The notes: generated by a model not told the origin, from the letters alone. DNA of 64,000 nucleotides from Deltaproteobacteria bacterium (GCA_040218735.1 JAVJQW010000062.1:192001-256000); one strand, 5' to 3'; positions 1-9,605 are shown, numbered from the stretch's first letter. Program-made: numbers and translations.

Positions 1-2
1 AT

Positions 3-323
3 CAGCCTACGTATTCGAAGCTCGCGTCCATGAGCAGACACGGTGAGATCGGCGCCGCCCTCGCGGGCGCCGGCGCGGTGATGGCAGCGGTGGCGCAGGC
101 ACAGGCCGCGTCCGGCGCGAGCGCGGAGTCGCTCGGCGCGATCAAGGGCAAGATGCAGGCGAACCAGCCGCTGACCGACGTCGAGAAGGCGCAGGTCCGC
201 GCGTTCGGCGAGGCGCTCCGCCCTGCCCTCGCGAAGGTCGGTGGCCTCGACGACGGCGCCAAGAAGATGGCGGACCAGATCGTCGGCCACATCGACGAGA
301 TCCTCACGCGCATCGCCGCCTAG
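3..323 (+). CDS. hypothetical protein (probably 5'-partial)
   Basis: Frame is open from the window edge to TAG at 323, with GC3-rich codons and an Ala-rich helical product. The next gene starts 2 nt later. Confidence 0.6.
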   Translation, partial: QPTYSKLASMSRHGEIGAALAGAGAVMAAVAQAQAASGASAESLGAIKGKMQANQPLTDVEKAQVRAFGEALRPALAKVGGLDDGAKKMADQIVGHIDEILTRIAA

Positions 324-325
324 CC

Positions 326-760
326 GTGGACGCGCTCCTCGCCGAGCTCGGACACATCTTCGTGCGCACGGACGCCGACGGCCGGCGCGTGCACACGGAG
401 GACGCGGTCCGTCACTTCCTCTTCGTCCGCCTCGTGACGTCGCCGGATCTCCCCGGCGCGCTCGCGGAGCTGGGCGACGAGGGGCTCTTCCTGCTCGGCG
501 AGTACATGCTCCGGATCGGCGCCGCGACGGACGACGCGCCGGACACCTTGCAAACCAAGCTCGCCGCCTGGCTCGCGGAGCACCCGGTCGACCCTGCGCT
601 CGCCGCCGAGGTCCGCGCCGCGGAGGCGGCGCACGGCGCGACCGACCGCGGCCACCTGTGGGCGAAGGCGATCGGGCGCTACGACGGCTGGGCCGAGCGC
701 GCCCCGTCGGCGAAGGGCGCCGGCCTCATCGGCGCGCGCCTCGCGCAGAAGAAGAAGTAG
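326..760 (+). CDS. hypothetical protein
   Basis: 144 aa ORF with typical codon bias. Tightly packed after the upstream ORF and abuts a convergent ORF. Confidence 0.6.
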   Translation: MDALLAELGHIFVRTDADGRRVHTEDAVRHFLFVRLVTSPDLPGALAELGDEGLFLLGEYMLRIGAATDDAPDTLQTKLAAWLAEHPVDPALAAEVRAAEAAHGATDRGHLWAKAIGRYDGWAERAPSAKGAGLIGARLAQKKK

Positions 761-1423
761 CTACTTCTCGACCGGAACCAGCTTCGCACCCGGCGGCAGG
801 CCGAACTTGTTCTCCATCAGGTGCTCGAGCGCGGCGCGGCTGAGCCCGTCCTCGAACACCACGCGCACGCCGAGCTTCGCCTCGAGCGCCTCTCCGCGTT
901 TGCTCAGGATCTGCTGCGCGCGCTCGAAGCTGCGCAGCTGCTTCACCGACACCCGGCGCTTCGTCGCGTCGTCGGGCGCGCCGGCGACCGGCTTCACGCC
1001 CGCCTCGGTGAGGCCCTCCGTCATCTGATCCGGTACGACCCGGCGCGCGACCATCCCGGTGATGCCGCGGTCGGTGATGCCGGCGCCGATCGCCTTCACG
1101 TCGTCGTGCGCGAGGCGCCCGTCTGCGCCCCCGAGTTTGTCGGGCGCGAGCATCGCGTGCATGTACTTCGCGGCCTTCATCTCCTCGTCGGACAACGGCG
1201 GGTTGATGCGCTCGACGAACGACTCCACGGCGTCCTTCGCCTTCTCGACTTGCCCCCAGGCGGCGCGCGCGAGTGGCGCGTAGCCGTCGACGAAGGGCGA
1301 GGCGATCGCCCGCGTCGTCGCGGCGATCGCGCGCCAGCCTTCGTCGTCTTCCGCGGCGCGTACGACGGCCGGCGGCTTCGGCGGAGGCGGCGGAGGGGTG
1401 TCAGCGGTCAGGGGTGGGAACAT
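761..1423 (-). CDS. hypothetical protein, Pro-rich N-terminus
   Basis: 220 aa ORF with normal composition, unlike the Arg-rich shadow frames. Confidence 0.6.
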   Translation of the reverse strand: MFPPLTADTPPPPPPKPPAVVRAAEDDEGWRAIAATTRAIASPFVDGYAPLARAAWGQVEKAKDAVESFVERINPPLSDEEMKAAKYMHAMLAPDKLGGADGRLAHDDVKAIGAGITDRGITGMVARRVVPDQMTEGLTEAGVKPVAGAPDDATKRRVSVKQLRSFERAQQILSKRGEALEAKLGVRVVFEDGLSRAALEHLMENKFGLPPGAKLVPVEK

Positions 1424-1460
1424 GTCGTCTTCTTCGGCAGAGACGACGGGTTCGTCGCGT

Positions 1461-2678
1461 TCAACGCGTTTCGCGCGCTTTTGCCTCCCGGACGGTCAGC
1501 GAGGGCACGCCCTCGACGGGCGCGTGCGCAGCGGCGGCGTGATGTTGGTCGATGACCGAGTGTACGAACGACAGCACGAGGATCTGCGTCGAGATCGCGA
1601 TGCCGGTCGTGCCCACCAACGCGAGGCGCGACTCGGTGATGCCTTGCCACCCTTGCGACGCGCTGATCACCACGACCGCGATGTCCGCGGCGAGCCCCAG
1701 CAGGAACACGAAGCCCGCGATGGGGAGCATCGTGTCGAGCGAGAAGTGGCGACCGAGGCGTCGCGAGATGCGCCCCGCCGGAGCGACGGGCGCGCCGGCG
1801 ATCGTCGCGCAGAGGATCCCGGCGCCGATCATCTCGACGCCGACCATCAACAACAGCGCGCCGAGGATCATCAGGTGGATGTCCATCAGGATCGGGCCGA
1901 GCACGAAGCGCCCCTTCAACTGCGGGAAGAACATCAGCGCGCCGAAGACCAGCGCGATCACGCCGGGGCGGAGCAACACGCGGTCGGGCGCGTGCAGGAG
2001 GATGAGCTTCAGGTGCCGCCACCCGTCGCGCAGTCGGCGCAAGTGAGGTTGACGCCCCGGCGGGCCGGCGCGCTGCTGAATCGGCACCTCGACGATCGGG
2101 ACTTCGAGAAGCGCCGCACGCGCGATCATCTCCGAGCAGAACTCGAACCCCGCCGCGCGAACGTCGAGCGCGAGGAAGACCTCGCGCGCCATCGCGCGGA
2201 AGCCGGTGTTGCAGTCGGTGATCTGCGTCGCGAAGTAGTTGTTGAGGAGCCAGGTCAGCGCCGGTGTGCCGAGCAGGCGGTTCGGCAGTGAGCTCGCGCC
2301 CGCGTCGAAGCCCCCGAGGTAGCGGCTCCCCAGGACCATCGCGTCCGGGCGTCCGTCGAGCGCCGCGAGGAGCGTCGGGATCTGCGTCGCGTCGTGCTCG
2401 CCGTCGGCGTCGATCAACACCACCGACATGCCGCGCGCCGCGAGCACCCCTGCGCGCGTCGCGGCGCCGACGCCCCGCACCGCGGACGCGTCGACCACGC
2501 GCGCCCCCGCGGCCTGGGCCGCCGCGCGTGAGCCGTCGGTCGAGCCGTTGTCGGCCACGACGACCTCGAACGTCGCGCCCTCGTTCGAGAGCACCTCGCG
2601 CACGGTCTCGACGACGTGGCCCACGGTCGCGGCCTCGTCGAGGCACGGGATCACGACCGAGACGTCGACAGGGGACAC
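1461..2678 (-). CDS. glycosyltransferase family 2 (DPM1-like) with C-terminal membrane helices
   Basis: Motifs VSVVIPCLDE, VVVADNGSTDGS, IDADGEH (DxD), ITDCNTGFRAM and GFEF, plus four hydrophobic C-terminal segments. Confidence 0.9.
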   Translation of the reverse strand: MSPVDVSVVIPCLDEAATVGHVVETVREVLSNEGATFEVVVADNGSTDGSRAAAQAAGARVVDASAVRGVGAATRAGVLAARGMSVVLIDADGEHDATQIPTLLAALDGRPDAMVLGSRYLGGFDAGASSLPNRLLGTPALTWLLNNYFATQITDCNTGFRAMAREVFLALDVRAAGFEFCSEMIARAALLEVPIVEVPIQQRAGPPGRQPHLRRLRDGWRHLKLILLHAPDRVLLRPGVIALVFGALMFFPQLKGRFVLGPILMDIHLMILGALLLMVGVEMIGAGILCATIAGAPVAPAGRISRRLGRHFSLDTMLPIAGFVFLLGLAADIAVVVISASQGWQGITESRLALVGTTGIAISTQILVLSFVHSVIDQHHAAAAHAPVEGVPSLTVREAKARETR

Positions 2679-2721
2679 CGCCCCGCGATTAGGGGCCGCA
2701 TCGCCTTCAGCGTCAACTTCC

Positions 2722-3294
2722 TCAGCGGATCCGCAGCGTGAAGCGTCCGCCGTTCTTCTTCAGCTCGGCGTTCACGTCGGCGCGGAACCGGCGCTGCGTC
2801 GCCGCGTTGCCGACGATGCCGATGCACCCCTCCGTCCCGGCGCTCCCCCCGTCCGGGTGGATGCGGAGCAGGCGCCGCGTGCCTTTCACCCGCGAATCGT
2901 ACTTGTCGCTCATCGCGAAGCTGTACCCGACGCCGCCGACGTTCATCGAGCGGTTCGTGCGGTGCTGCAGGTGCGGACGAATCGTGTAGTTCCCCTTCGG
3001 GAGGTTCCCGCGTCCGAAACCGCCGCTGCGGAACTGATACGTGCGGCCGTTCACCGTGATGCGTCCGGAGACCATCTGGTTGCGGCGTCCCGCCTTCGAC
3101 ACCCGATCGAAGGTCGCGGTGCGGTTCGGCACGCGCGCGTTGCGACGCGCGGTCGCGATCCCCCGCGCGTTCGCGATGCGTGTCCGCGCCGCCACCACGC
3201 GGCCCCGCGTCCGGCGCGTCGGCTGGCCACGATCGAGCGTCCGCCTCTGCATCGTGCGCGTGTGAATCCGACGTGCTTCGACTCTCTCACCCAT
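2722..3294 (-). CDS. L,D-transpeptidase-superfamily protein (Tlde1/DUF2778-like), basic N-terminal extension
   Basis: GNLPKGNYTI and RIHPDGGSAGTEGCIGI give a His...GC catalytic pattern. ATG at 3294 is preceded by an AAAGGGGAGAG RBS. Confidence 0.6.
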   Translation of the reverse strand: MGERVEARRIHTRTMQRRTLDRGQPTRRTRGRVVAARTRIANARGIATARRNARVPNRTATFDRVSKAGRRNQMVSGRITVNGRTYQFRSGGFGRGNLPKGNYTIRPHLQHRTNRSMNVGGVGYSFAMSDKYDSRVKGTRRLLRIHPDGGSAGTEGCIGIVGNAATQRRFRADVNAELKKNGGRFTLRIR

Positions 3295-3317
3295 GAGCTC
3301 TCCCCTTTTCTGTCTGC

Positions 3318-3689
3318 TCAGCAGCGCGTCGGCCGACGACCGGCCAAGAGCGAACGCAGCACGACGGTGTCGTCCGGCGCGCGCTCGTCCACGAAGGGCG
3401 CCTCCACCGCCGGCGAAGCGCCGAGGCGCGAGGCGTCCTCCATCCACATGCGACGGTCCTCTGCGTCGTCGTCGGCGAGCTCCTCCTCGAGCGTGCCGAT
3501 GAGCGCCTCGACCGCGTCCATGACACCCGAGGCCGCCTCCTCGCGGCCCTGGGCGCTGAGGAGCTCCGCGTCCTGCACGAGCTCCTCGGCGAGATCCGCC
3601 AGCGCTTCCACGTCGAGCGCCTCGAGGTAGGCGCGGTCGATCCTCGACTGCGCGATGTGAACGATCTGTTGGTCTCGGGTCATGACCAT
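3318..3689 (-). CDS. small acidic hypothetical protein
   Basis: ATG at 3689 gives an Asp/Glu-rich helical product. It lies 23 nt upstream of the co-oriented L,D-peptidase-like gene. Confidence 0.55.
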   Translation of the reverse strand: MVMTRDQQIVHIAQSRIDRAYLEALDVEALADLAEELVQDAELLSAQGREEAASGVMDAVEALIGTLEEELADDDAEDRRMWMEDASRLGASPAVEAPFVDERAPDDTVVLRSLLAGRRPTRC

Positions 3690-3707
3690 CGCTTTCGGGG
3701 AGTTGGA

Positions 3708-3743
3708 CACGTGACCCGGTTCACGTCGGCAACGGGTCACGTG
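3708..3743. promoter_or_regulatory. perfect 11-bp inverted repeat in a divergent intergenic region
   Basis: CACGTGACCCG (3708-3718) and CGGGTCACGTG (3733-3743) with a 14-nt spacer. Confidence 0.45.
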
Positions 3744-3780
3744 CGGAACTCGAAAAGACTCGCCGGTGTCGAAGCCGGTG

Positions 3781-5988
3781 ATGTCTACGGTCGCCGCGTC
3801 GGTCCTCCTCCTCGCGCTGGGTGCGCCCGCCGCGGAAGCGCCCCACTTCGTCGTGTCGGGGGCGGACACCCTCCCCCTCCGCGCGACGCAGACGGACGTG
3901 CACGTCGCGGGGGTCATCGCCCACGTCCGCGTTCGCCAGCGCTACGAGAACGACGGCGCGAACGCGATCGAGGCGCAGTACGTGTTCGCCGGCTCCACGC
4001 AGGCCGCGGTGTTCGGCATGACGATGAAGATCGGCGAGCGCACGATCGTCGCGAAGATCGATGAGCGTGCGCGCGCGCGGCGCAAGTACGAGACCGCCAA
4101 GGACGAAGGGCGCGCAGCGGCGCTGCTCGAACAGTCGCGGCCGAACGTCCTGTCGATGAACGTTGCGAACATCATGCCCGGCGACGTGGTGGAGGTGACG
4201 CTCGACTACACGGAGCTGCTCGTCCCCGAGCGCGGCGTCTACGCGCTCGTCGTCCCGGGCGTCGTGGGCACACGCTTCGACGGTGAAGGCGGCCGCGAAG
4301 CGTGGAACGAGAACCCGAACCTTCCCGACCACACACCCGGACCAAAGTTCGGGCTACGCGCGCGCATCGTCGGCGGCGCGCCGGTGCGCGCGGTGAAGTG
4401 CACCACCCATCGGATCGCACCGCAGTTCACGGGGCGCGACGTCGTCGACGTCCGCGTCCTCGACGAGGACGGCAGCGACCGCGACTTCATCCTCCGCTAC
4501 CGCCTCGACGGCGAAGCCATTCAGACCGGCGTGCTCCTGTACGAGGCGAAGGGCGAGAAGTTCTTCGCGGCGACGATCCAGCCGCCCGAGCACGTCGCCC
4601 CCACGATGATCCCGCCGCGCGAGTACGTCTTCGTCGTGGACGTCTCCGGTTCGATGCGCGGCTTCCCGACCCAGACCACCGTCGCTCTTCTCGAGCAGCT
4701 CCTCGCGGATCTTCGGCCGCAGGATCGTTTCAACGTCGTGCTGTTCGCGGGCGGCCAGACGCTGTTCGCGCCGCGCTCCGTCCCCGCGACGCGGGACCAG
4801 GTCGAGCGCGCCGTCGAGGTCGTGCGCCACCTCCGCGGCGGCGGCGGCACCGAGCTGCTCGAGGCACTGAACACCGCGCTCGGCACGCTACGCGAGGCCA
4901 CGATCGCGACCAGCTTCGTCATCATCACCGACGGCTACGTGAACGTGGAGCGCGAAGCCTACGCGCTGGTCCGACGCGAGCGCGGCCGCGCGAACGTCTT
5001 CCCGTTCGGCGTGGGCCGCTCGGTGAACCGACACCTCGTCGAGTCGCTCGCGCGCGCCGGCGCAGGGCGGCCCTTCGTGGTGACCAACGCGTCGGAGGCT
5101 CACGACGCCGCCAAACGCTTCGCGCGGTACGTGTCGGCGCCGGTCATGACCAACGTGCGGGTCGGCTTCGATGGCTTCGATGTGTACGACGTCGAGCCCA
5201 CCGCCCAGCCCGACTTGTTCGGCGAACGACCGCTGGTTGTGTTCGGCAAGTACCGCGGCGCAGCGCGGGGCCGAATCCAGGTCCGCGGCGACACCGGCAT
5301 GGGCGCGTTCGCGCGCGACGTCGACCTCGCCGACGCCCGACCGAGCGACGACCTCGTCGCGCTCCGCTACCTGTGGGCGCGTGAACGCGTCGCGGCGCTC
5401 ACCGAGGGGGACACCACCGAACACGAAGAGGCCGTCACCGCGCTCGGGCTCGCGTACGGCTTGATGACCCCGTTCACCAGCTTCGTGGCGGTCGACGATC
5501 GCGTGCGACGCCACGGCGCGGATCCGGTGGTGACCGTGCGGCAGCCGCTCCCGCGTGCGTCCGGGAGCTTCGGTAAGAGCGGCGGGCTGCTCGGGACATT
5601 GCGGTCTAACGGCAGCGGCGGCGCGTTGAACAACGTCTACGGCGACATCGCCCTCGGAGGCGGCGGTTCGGCGGACGGGTTCTCGGGGGTGGTTCGCGGA
5701 TCGCTGTCGAAAGACCGCATCGCGCGGGTGTTCCGGAGGAAACGCGGCGCCTTCAAACACGTGTTCGAGAGGATGCTGAAGTCGGATCCGAACCTCTCGG
5801 GCAAGGTCGTCCTCGAGCTCACCGTCGGCCCTGACGGCCGCGTCGTCGCGGCGCGGATCCGCGGCGACGCCGCGAAGCAGAAGCGGTGGGCCGGGCTCGT
5901 CGCCGTCGCGAAGAAGATGCGGTTCCCCGCGCCCGCCGGCGGCGGGACGATCCACATCAGCTACCCGTTCATCTTCCGGGCGCCGTGA
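3781..5988 (+). CDS. VIT and vWA domain protein with C-terminal TonB_C/AgmX-PglI-like domain
   Basis: Signal peptide, VIT region (QRYEN...EAQYVF), MIDAS FVVDVSGSM, IITDG, and C-terminal LSGKVVLELTVGPDGRV...RFPAPAGGGTIHISYPFIF. Confidence 0.85.
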   Translation: MSTVAASVLLLALGAPAAEAPHFVVSGADTLPLRATQTDVHVAGVIAHVRVRQRYENDGANAIEAQYVFAGSTQAAVFGMTMKIGERTIVAKIDERARARRKYETAKDEGRAAALLEQSRPNVLSMNVANIMPGDVVEVTLDYTELLVPERGVYALVVPGVVGTRFDGEGGREAWNENPNLPDHTPGPKFGLRARIVGGAPVRAVKCTTHRIAPQFTGRDVVDVRVLDEDGSDRDFILRYRLDGEAIQTGVLLYEAKGEKFFAATIQPPEHVAPTMIPPREYVFVVDVSGSMRGFPTQTTVALLEQLLADLRPQDRFNVVLFAGGQTLFAPRSVPATRDQVERAVEVVRHLRGGGGTELLEALNTALGTLREATIATSFVIITDGYVNVEREAYALVRRERGRANVFPFGVGRSVNRHLVESLARAGAGRPFVVTNASEAHDAAKRFARYVSAPVMTNVRVGFDGFDVYDVEPTAQPDLFGERPLVVFGKYRGAARGRIQVRGDTGMGAFARDVDLADARPSDDLVALRYLWARERVAALTEGDTTEHEEAVTALGLAYGLMTPFTSFVAVDDRVRRHGADPVVTVRQPLPRASGSFGKSGGLLGTLRSNGSGGALNNVYGDIALGGGGSADGFSGVVRGSLSKDRIARVFRRKRGAFKHVFERMLKSDPNLSGKVVLELTVGPDGRVVAARIRGDAAKQKRWAGLVAVAKKMRFPAPAGGGTIHISYPFIFRAP

Positions 5989-6029
5989 GCCAACGGAATG
6001 TCCACTGCACAGCCTGGGGTTCGCCGGTC

Positions 6030-6812
6030 ATGATTCGCCTCGCTCTGTTCGTCACGACGCTGCTCTCGGCGGCGCCCGCCTTCGCGATATCCAAGGGCCA
6101 CTACGCTCGGGGCCGGCAGACCTTGGCGATCGCGATGTCCGAGGACGGCCCGGATCACTACCTCGTGCTCACGCCGGACTGCTACGACCGCGCGCCGCTG
6201 TCGCGGCACTACGAGCGCGAAGAGCGCACCGACAACTTCTACGCCCACGCGTCCGTGGTCGCGGCGATACGCGAAGTCGCGAAACAAGTGCGCACCGACC
6301 ACCCGGAGGCGGGGCGCTTCGCGGTCGGCGAGCTCAGCAATAAACGCGGCGGCAAGATCCCCTTTCACCTGTCGCATCAGAACGGCCTCGACGTGGACAT
6401 CGGCTACCTCGTCCGCACGCGCGCGCCCCACCCCGTCCCGCTGTGCCACGACGGCCCGCGCTACGAGGTGAAGGTGCGCGGCGAATGGCGCGTGCGCGGC
6501 GACCTCCCGCTCGATCTCAACTGGGCGATGGTCTCGGCGTTCGCCGCCCGGGACGACGTCCGCTCCATCTTCGTCGGCGGTGTGATCCGACGCGCACTCG
6601 AAGACTGGGCCAAGGCCGCCCAGGTCCCCGCGCGCGAACGCCGACGCACCATGAAGAAACTCATCGCCACGTTCTGTCGCGCGCCGAAGGGCGTTCAAAT
6701 GGGGACGTATCGGAACAACCGCTGCCCGCACGACGATCACATCCACGTGCGGTTCCATTGCCCGGCCGACAGCCCCGACTGCACCGAGCGGCGCAAGAAA
6801 CGAAGCACCTGA
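6030..6812 (+). CDS. penicillin-insensitive murein endopeptidase (MepA-like, LAS metallopeptidase)
   Basis: Signal peptide, VGELSNKRGG, HLSHQNGLDVD and HDDHIHVR motifs. Confidence 0.85.
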   Translation: MIRLALFVTTLLSAAPAFAISKGHYARGRQTLAIAMSEDGPDHYLVLTPDCYDRAPLSRHYEREERTDNFYAHASVVAAIREVAKQVRTDHPEAGRFAVGELSNKRGGKIPFHLSHQNGLDVDIGYLVRTRAPHPVPLCHDGPRYEVKVRGEWRVRGDLPLDLNWAMVSAFAARDDVRSIFVGGVIRRALEDWAKAAQVPARERRRTMKKLIATFCRAPKGVQMGTYRNNRCPHDDHIHVRFHCPADSPDCTERRKKRST

Positions 6813-6867
6813 AGTTTTTCTCGGTTCGGGTGTTACTTATTCGCGCTTCGCCCATAGTACCTGGCGA

Positions 6868-8139
6868 ATGCACGTCGTCATCCTCGGCAACGGCGTCGCC
6901 GGCATCACCACGGCGCTGGCGATACGAAAACGAAAACCCGACGCCAAGATCACCGTCGTCTCGGGCGAGTCGAAGTATCACTACTCACGGCCCGCGCTCA
7001 TGTACATCTTCATGGGCCACATGCGGTACCAGGAGACGAAGCCCTTCGAGGATCGCTTCTGGTCGGACATGAAGATCGACCTCGTGCGCGGCTGGGCGAC
7101 GAACATCGACGTCGAGAACCGCCGCCTCGAGATGAAGGGCCAGGCGGCGATCCCGTGGGACAAACTCGTCATCGCGACGGGCTCCAAACCGAACAAGTTC
7201 GGCTGGGAAGGACAGGACCTCGACGGCGTCCAGGGGCTCTACGGCCTCTACGACCTGAAGAAGCTCTACGAAAACGCCGAGCACACGAAGCACGCCGTCG
7301 TCGTGGGCGGCGGGCTCATCGGCATCGAGCTCGCCGAGATGCTGCACTCGCGGCACATCCCGGTGACGTTCTTCGTGCGGGAGAAGTCGTACTGGGACAA
7401 CGTCCTCAACGCCGAGGAGTCGCAGATGGTGTCGCGCCTCATTCGGCACCACGGCTTCGGGCTGGAGCTTTCGACCAACCTCGAACGCATCGAGGACGAC
7501 GGCCAGGGGCGCGCCGCCGCCGCGGTCACGAGCGACGGCAAACGCGTCGAGTGCCAGCTCGTCGGCCTCACGGCGGGGGTGTCACCGAACGTCGACGTCG
7601 TGAAGAACGCGGGCATCGACACCGGGCGCGGCGTGCTCGTGAACGATCGACTCGAGACGCACACCCCCGACGTCTACGCGGTCGGCGACTGCGCGGAGAT
7701 CGAACGCGATGGCGACACCCGGAACCTGCTCCAGCAGGTCTGGTACACCGGGAAGATGCAAGGTGAGGTCGCCGCGGAGAACATCTGCGGCGGGCAGCGC
7801 GACTACGACCCGGGCATCTGGTTCAACAGCGCCAAGTTCCTCGACCTCGAGTACCACACCTACGGTGACGTGAACCGGCGCATCGAAGGCGAGCACAACC
7901 TCTACTGGGAGCACGAGAGCGGGCGCCACTCGGCACGGCTCGTCCACAAGGACGACGTGGTCATCGGACTGCAGACGATGGGCCTCAGGTGGCGCCACGT
8001 CGTCGCCGAGAAGTGGCTGAAGGAGAAGCGCTCCGTGAAGGACGCGATCGGTGCGTTGTCCGAGCTCACCTTCGAACCCGAGTTCCACAACGGACACGAG
8101 CAGGCGATCACGACCGCGTTCTCGGAGCAGCTGTCATGA
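6868..8139 (+). CDS. NAD(P)/FAD-dependent oxidoreductase (pyridine nucleotide-disulphide/rubredoxin-reductase family)
   Basis: GNGVAG FAD motif, LVIATGS, VVVGGGLIGIE NAD motif and DVYAVGDCA. Confidence 0.9.
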   Translation: MHVVILGNGVAGITTALAIRKRKPDAKITVVSGESKYHYSRPALMYIFMGHMRYQETKPFEDRFWSDMKIDLVRGWATNIDVENRRLEMKGQAAIPWDKLVIATGSKPNKFGWEGQDLDGVQGLYGLYDLKKLYENAEHTKHAVVVGGGLIGIELAEMLHSRHIPVTFFVREKSYWDNVLNAEESQMVSRLIRHHGFGLELSTNLERIEDDGQGRAAAAVTSDGKRVECQLVGLTAGVSPNVDVVKNAGIDTGRGVLVNDRLETHTPDVYAVGDCAEIERDGDTRNLLQQVWYTGKMQGEVAAENICGGQRDYDPGIWFNSAKFLDLEYHTYGDVNRRIEGEHNLYWEHESGRHSARLVHKDDVVIGLQTMGLRWRHVVAEKWLKEKRSVKDAIGALSELTFEPEFHNGHEQAITTAFSEQLS

Positions 8140-9599
8140 CCGCGCTGAAGGTGCTGCACGACGACTACGCCTTCGACGAGGAGGCGGAGGGCTTCGGCGA
8201 GCCGGTGAAGCTCGAAGCGCCGCCCTCCAGCGCGCCGCAGAAGCTCGCCGCCGCGATCATGGCGGCGGGCGGGCTCGCGTTCGTACTGTACGTCGCGGGC
8301 TTCGACTTCCTCGACGGCTGGCCCGCCTTCGGCGCGACGTTCGGCTTGCTGATGCTCGGCTCCGCGCTGTGGTTCTACCTCGACCTGAAGGACACCGAGC
8401 CCGGCATCAAACACGACGGCATCTGGTTCTCGGGCGCGCAGAGCCGCGGCGTGATCGGGTGGGGCCTCGGCCTGCTCATCACCGGCTTCTACGTGGTGCT
8501 CTATTTCTACGACGACCTGCAGGGGATGGGGATGCCGCCCGTCCTCGAGCGCCCCGTGCGACTGCTCGACCCCCTCGCGATGCTCGTGCAGAACGGCCAG
8601 TCGTCGCGGTGGTTCCTCTACGGTGTGCTCTACACCGGTGCGATCTTCGTGTTCGGCATCCGCATGATCATGAAGTACCGCCACAGCCGGTACCACCAGA
8701 TCCGCACGCTCTCGGTGATGTTCTTCCAGTTCGGCTTCGCGTGGATGCTGCCGAACCTCCTCATCTACTTCCAAGCGCCGTACATGGAGTTCAACGGCGT
8801 GTGGCCGCTCAAGCAGGACTACCTGTGGCCCGAGAAGGTGTTCGGTAGCTTCCTCGGCGGCGGGGGCGGCATCGGCGTGTTCCTCCTCGGCTACGCGATC
8901 GCCGCCGTCATCGCGACGCCCATCCTCACCTACTTCTTCGGCAAGCGCTGGTACTGCTCGTGGGTGTGCGGCTGCGGCGGTCTCGCCGAGACGCTCGGGG
9001 ATCCGTGGCGGCAGCAGTCCGACAAGTCGACGCGCGCGTGGAACATCGAGCGCTTCACCATCCACGCGGTGCTCGTCGCGGTGCTCGCGGTGACCGCTTC
9101 GCTGTGGATCGACCACGCGACGACCGGCTCCGTCTACGGCTCGTGGAGCGCGCCGGTGCGCAAGTGGTACGGCTTCTACATCGGCGCGATCTTCTCCGGG
9201 GTCATCGGCGTCGGGTTCTATCCGCTGATGGGGAGCCGCGTGTGGTGTCGCTTCGGCTGCCCGCAAGCCGCGATCCTCGGGATCTGGCAGCGCGTCTTCT
9301 CGCGCTTTCGCATCACGACCAACGGCGGTCAGTGCATGTCGTGCGGCAACTGCTCGACCTACTGCGAGATGGGTATCGACGTGCGCTCCTACGCGCAGCG
9401 CTCCGAGAACATCGTGCGCGCCTCCTGCGTCGGCTGCGGCGTCTGCGCGGCCGTCTGCCCACGCGGCGTGTTGAAGCTCGAGAACGGACTGCCGAGCGAT
9501 CGTTTCGAAGGCGCCGAGTCGCGGCTGAAGATCATCCGCGACGCCGTCGGCCCGACGCCGACGCCGGACTACACGGCGTGGACCCCGCCGGAGCGCTGA
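8136..9599 (+). CDS. membrane 4Fe-4S dicluster protein (NapH/polyferredoxin-like)
   Basis: ATGA overlap with the upstream gene. Multiple TM helices, WYCSWVCGCG and WCRFGCP motifs, and CMSCGNCSTYC and CVGCGVCAAVCP ferredoxin motifs. Confidence 0.88.
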   Translation: MTALKVLHDDYAFDEEAEGFGEPVKLEAPPSSAPQKLAAAIMAAGGLAFVLYVAGFDFLDGWPAFGATFGLLMLGSALWFYLDLKDTEPGIKHDGIWFSGAQSRGVIGWGLGLLITGFYVVLYFYDDLQGMGMPPVLERPVRLLDPLAMLVQNGQSSRWFLYGVLYTGAIFVFGIRMIMKYRHSRYHQIRTLSVMFFQFGFAWMLPNLLIYFQAPYMEFNGVWPLKQDYLWPEKVFGSFLGGGGGIGVFLLGYAIAAVIATPILTYFFGKRWYCSWVCGCGGLAETLGDPWRQQSDKSTRAWNIERFTIHAVLVAVLAVTASLWIDHATTGSVYGSWSAPVRKWYGFYIGAIFSGVIGVGFYPLMGSRVWCRFGCPQAAILGIWQRVFSRFRITTNGGQCMSCGNCSTYCEMGIDVRSYAQRSENIVRASCVGCGVCAAVCPRGVLKLENGLPSDRFEGAESRLKIIRDAVGPTPTPDYTAWTPPER

Positions 9600-9605
9600 A
9601 GCGGT

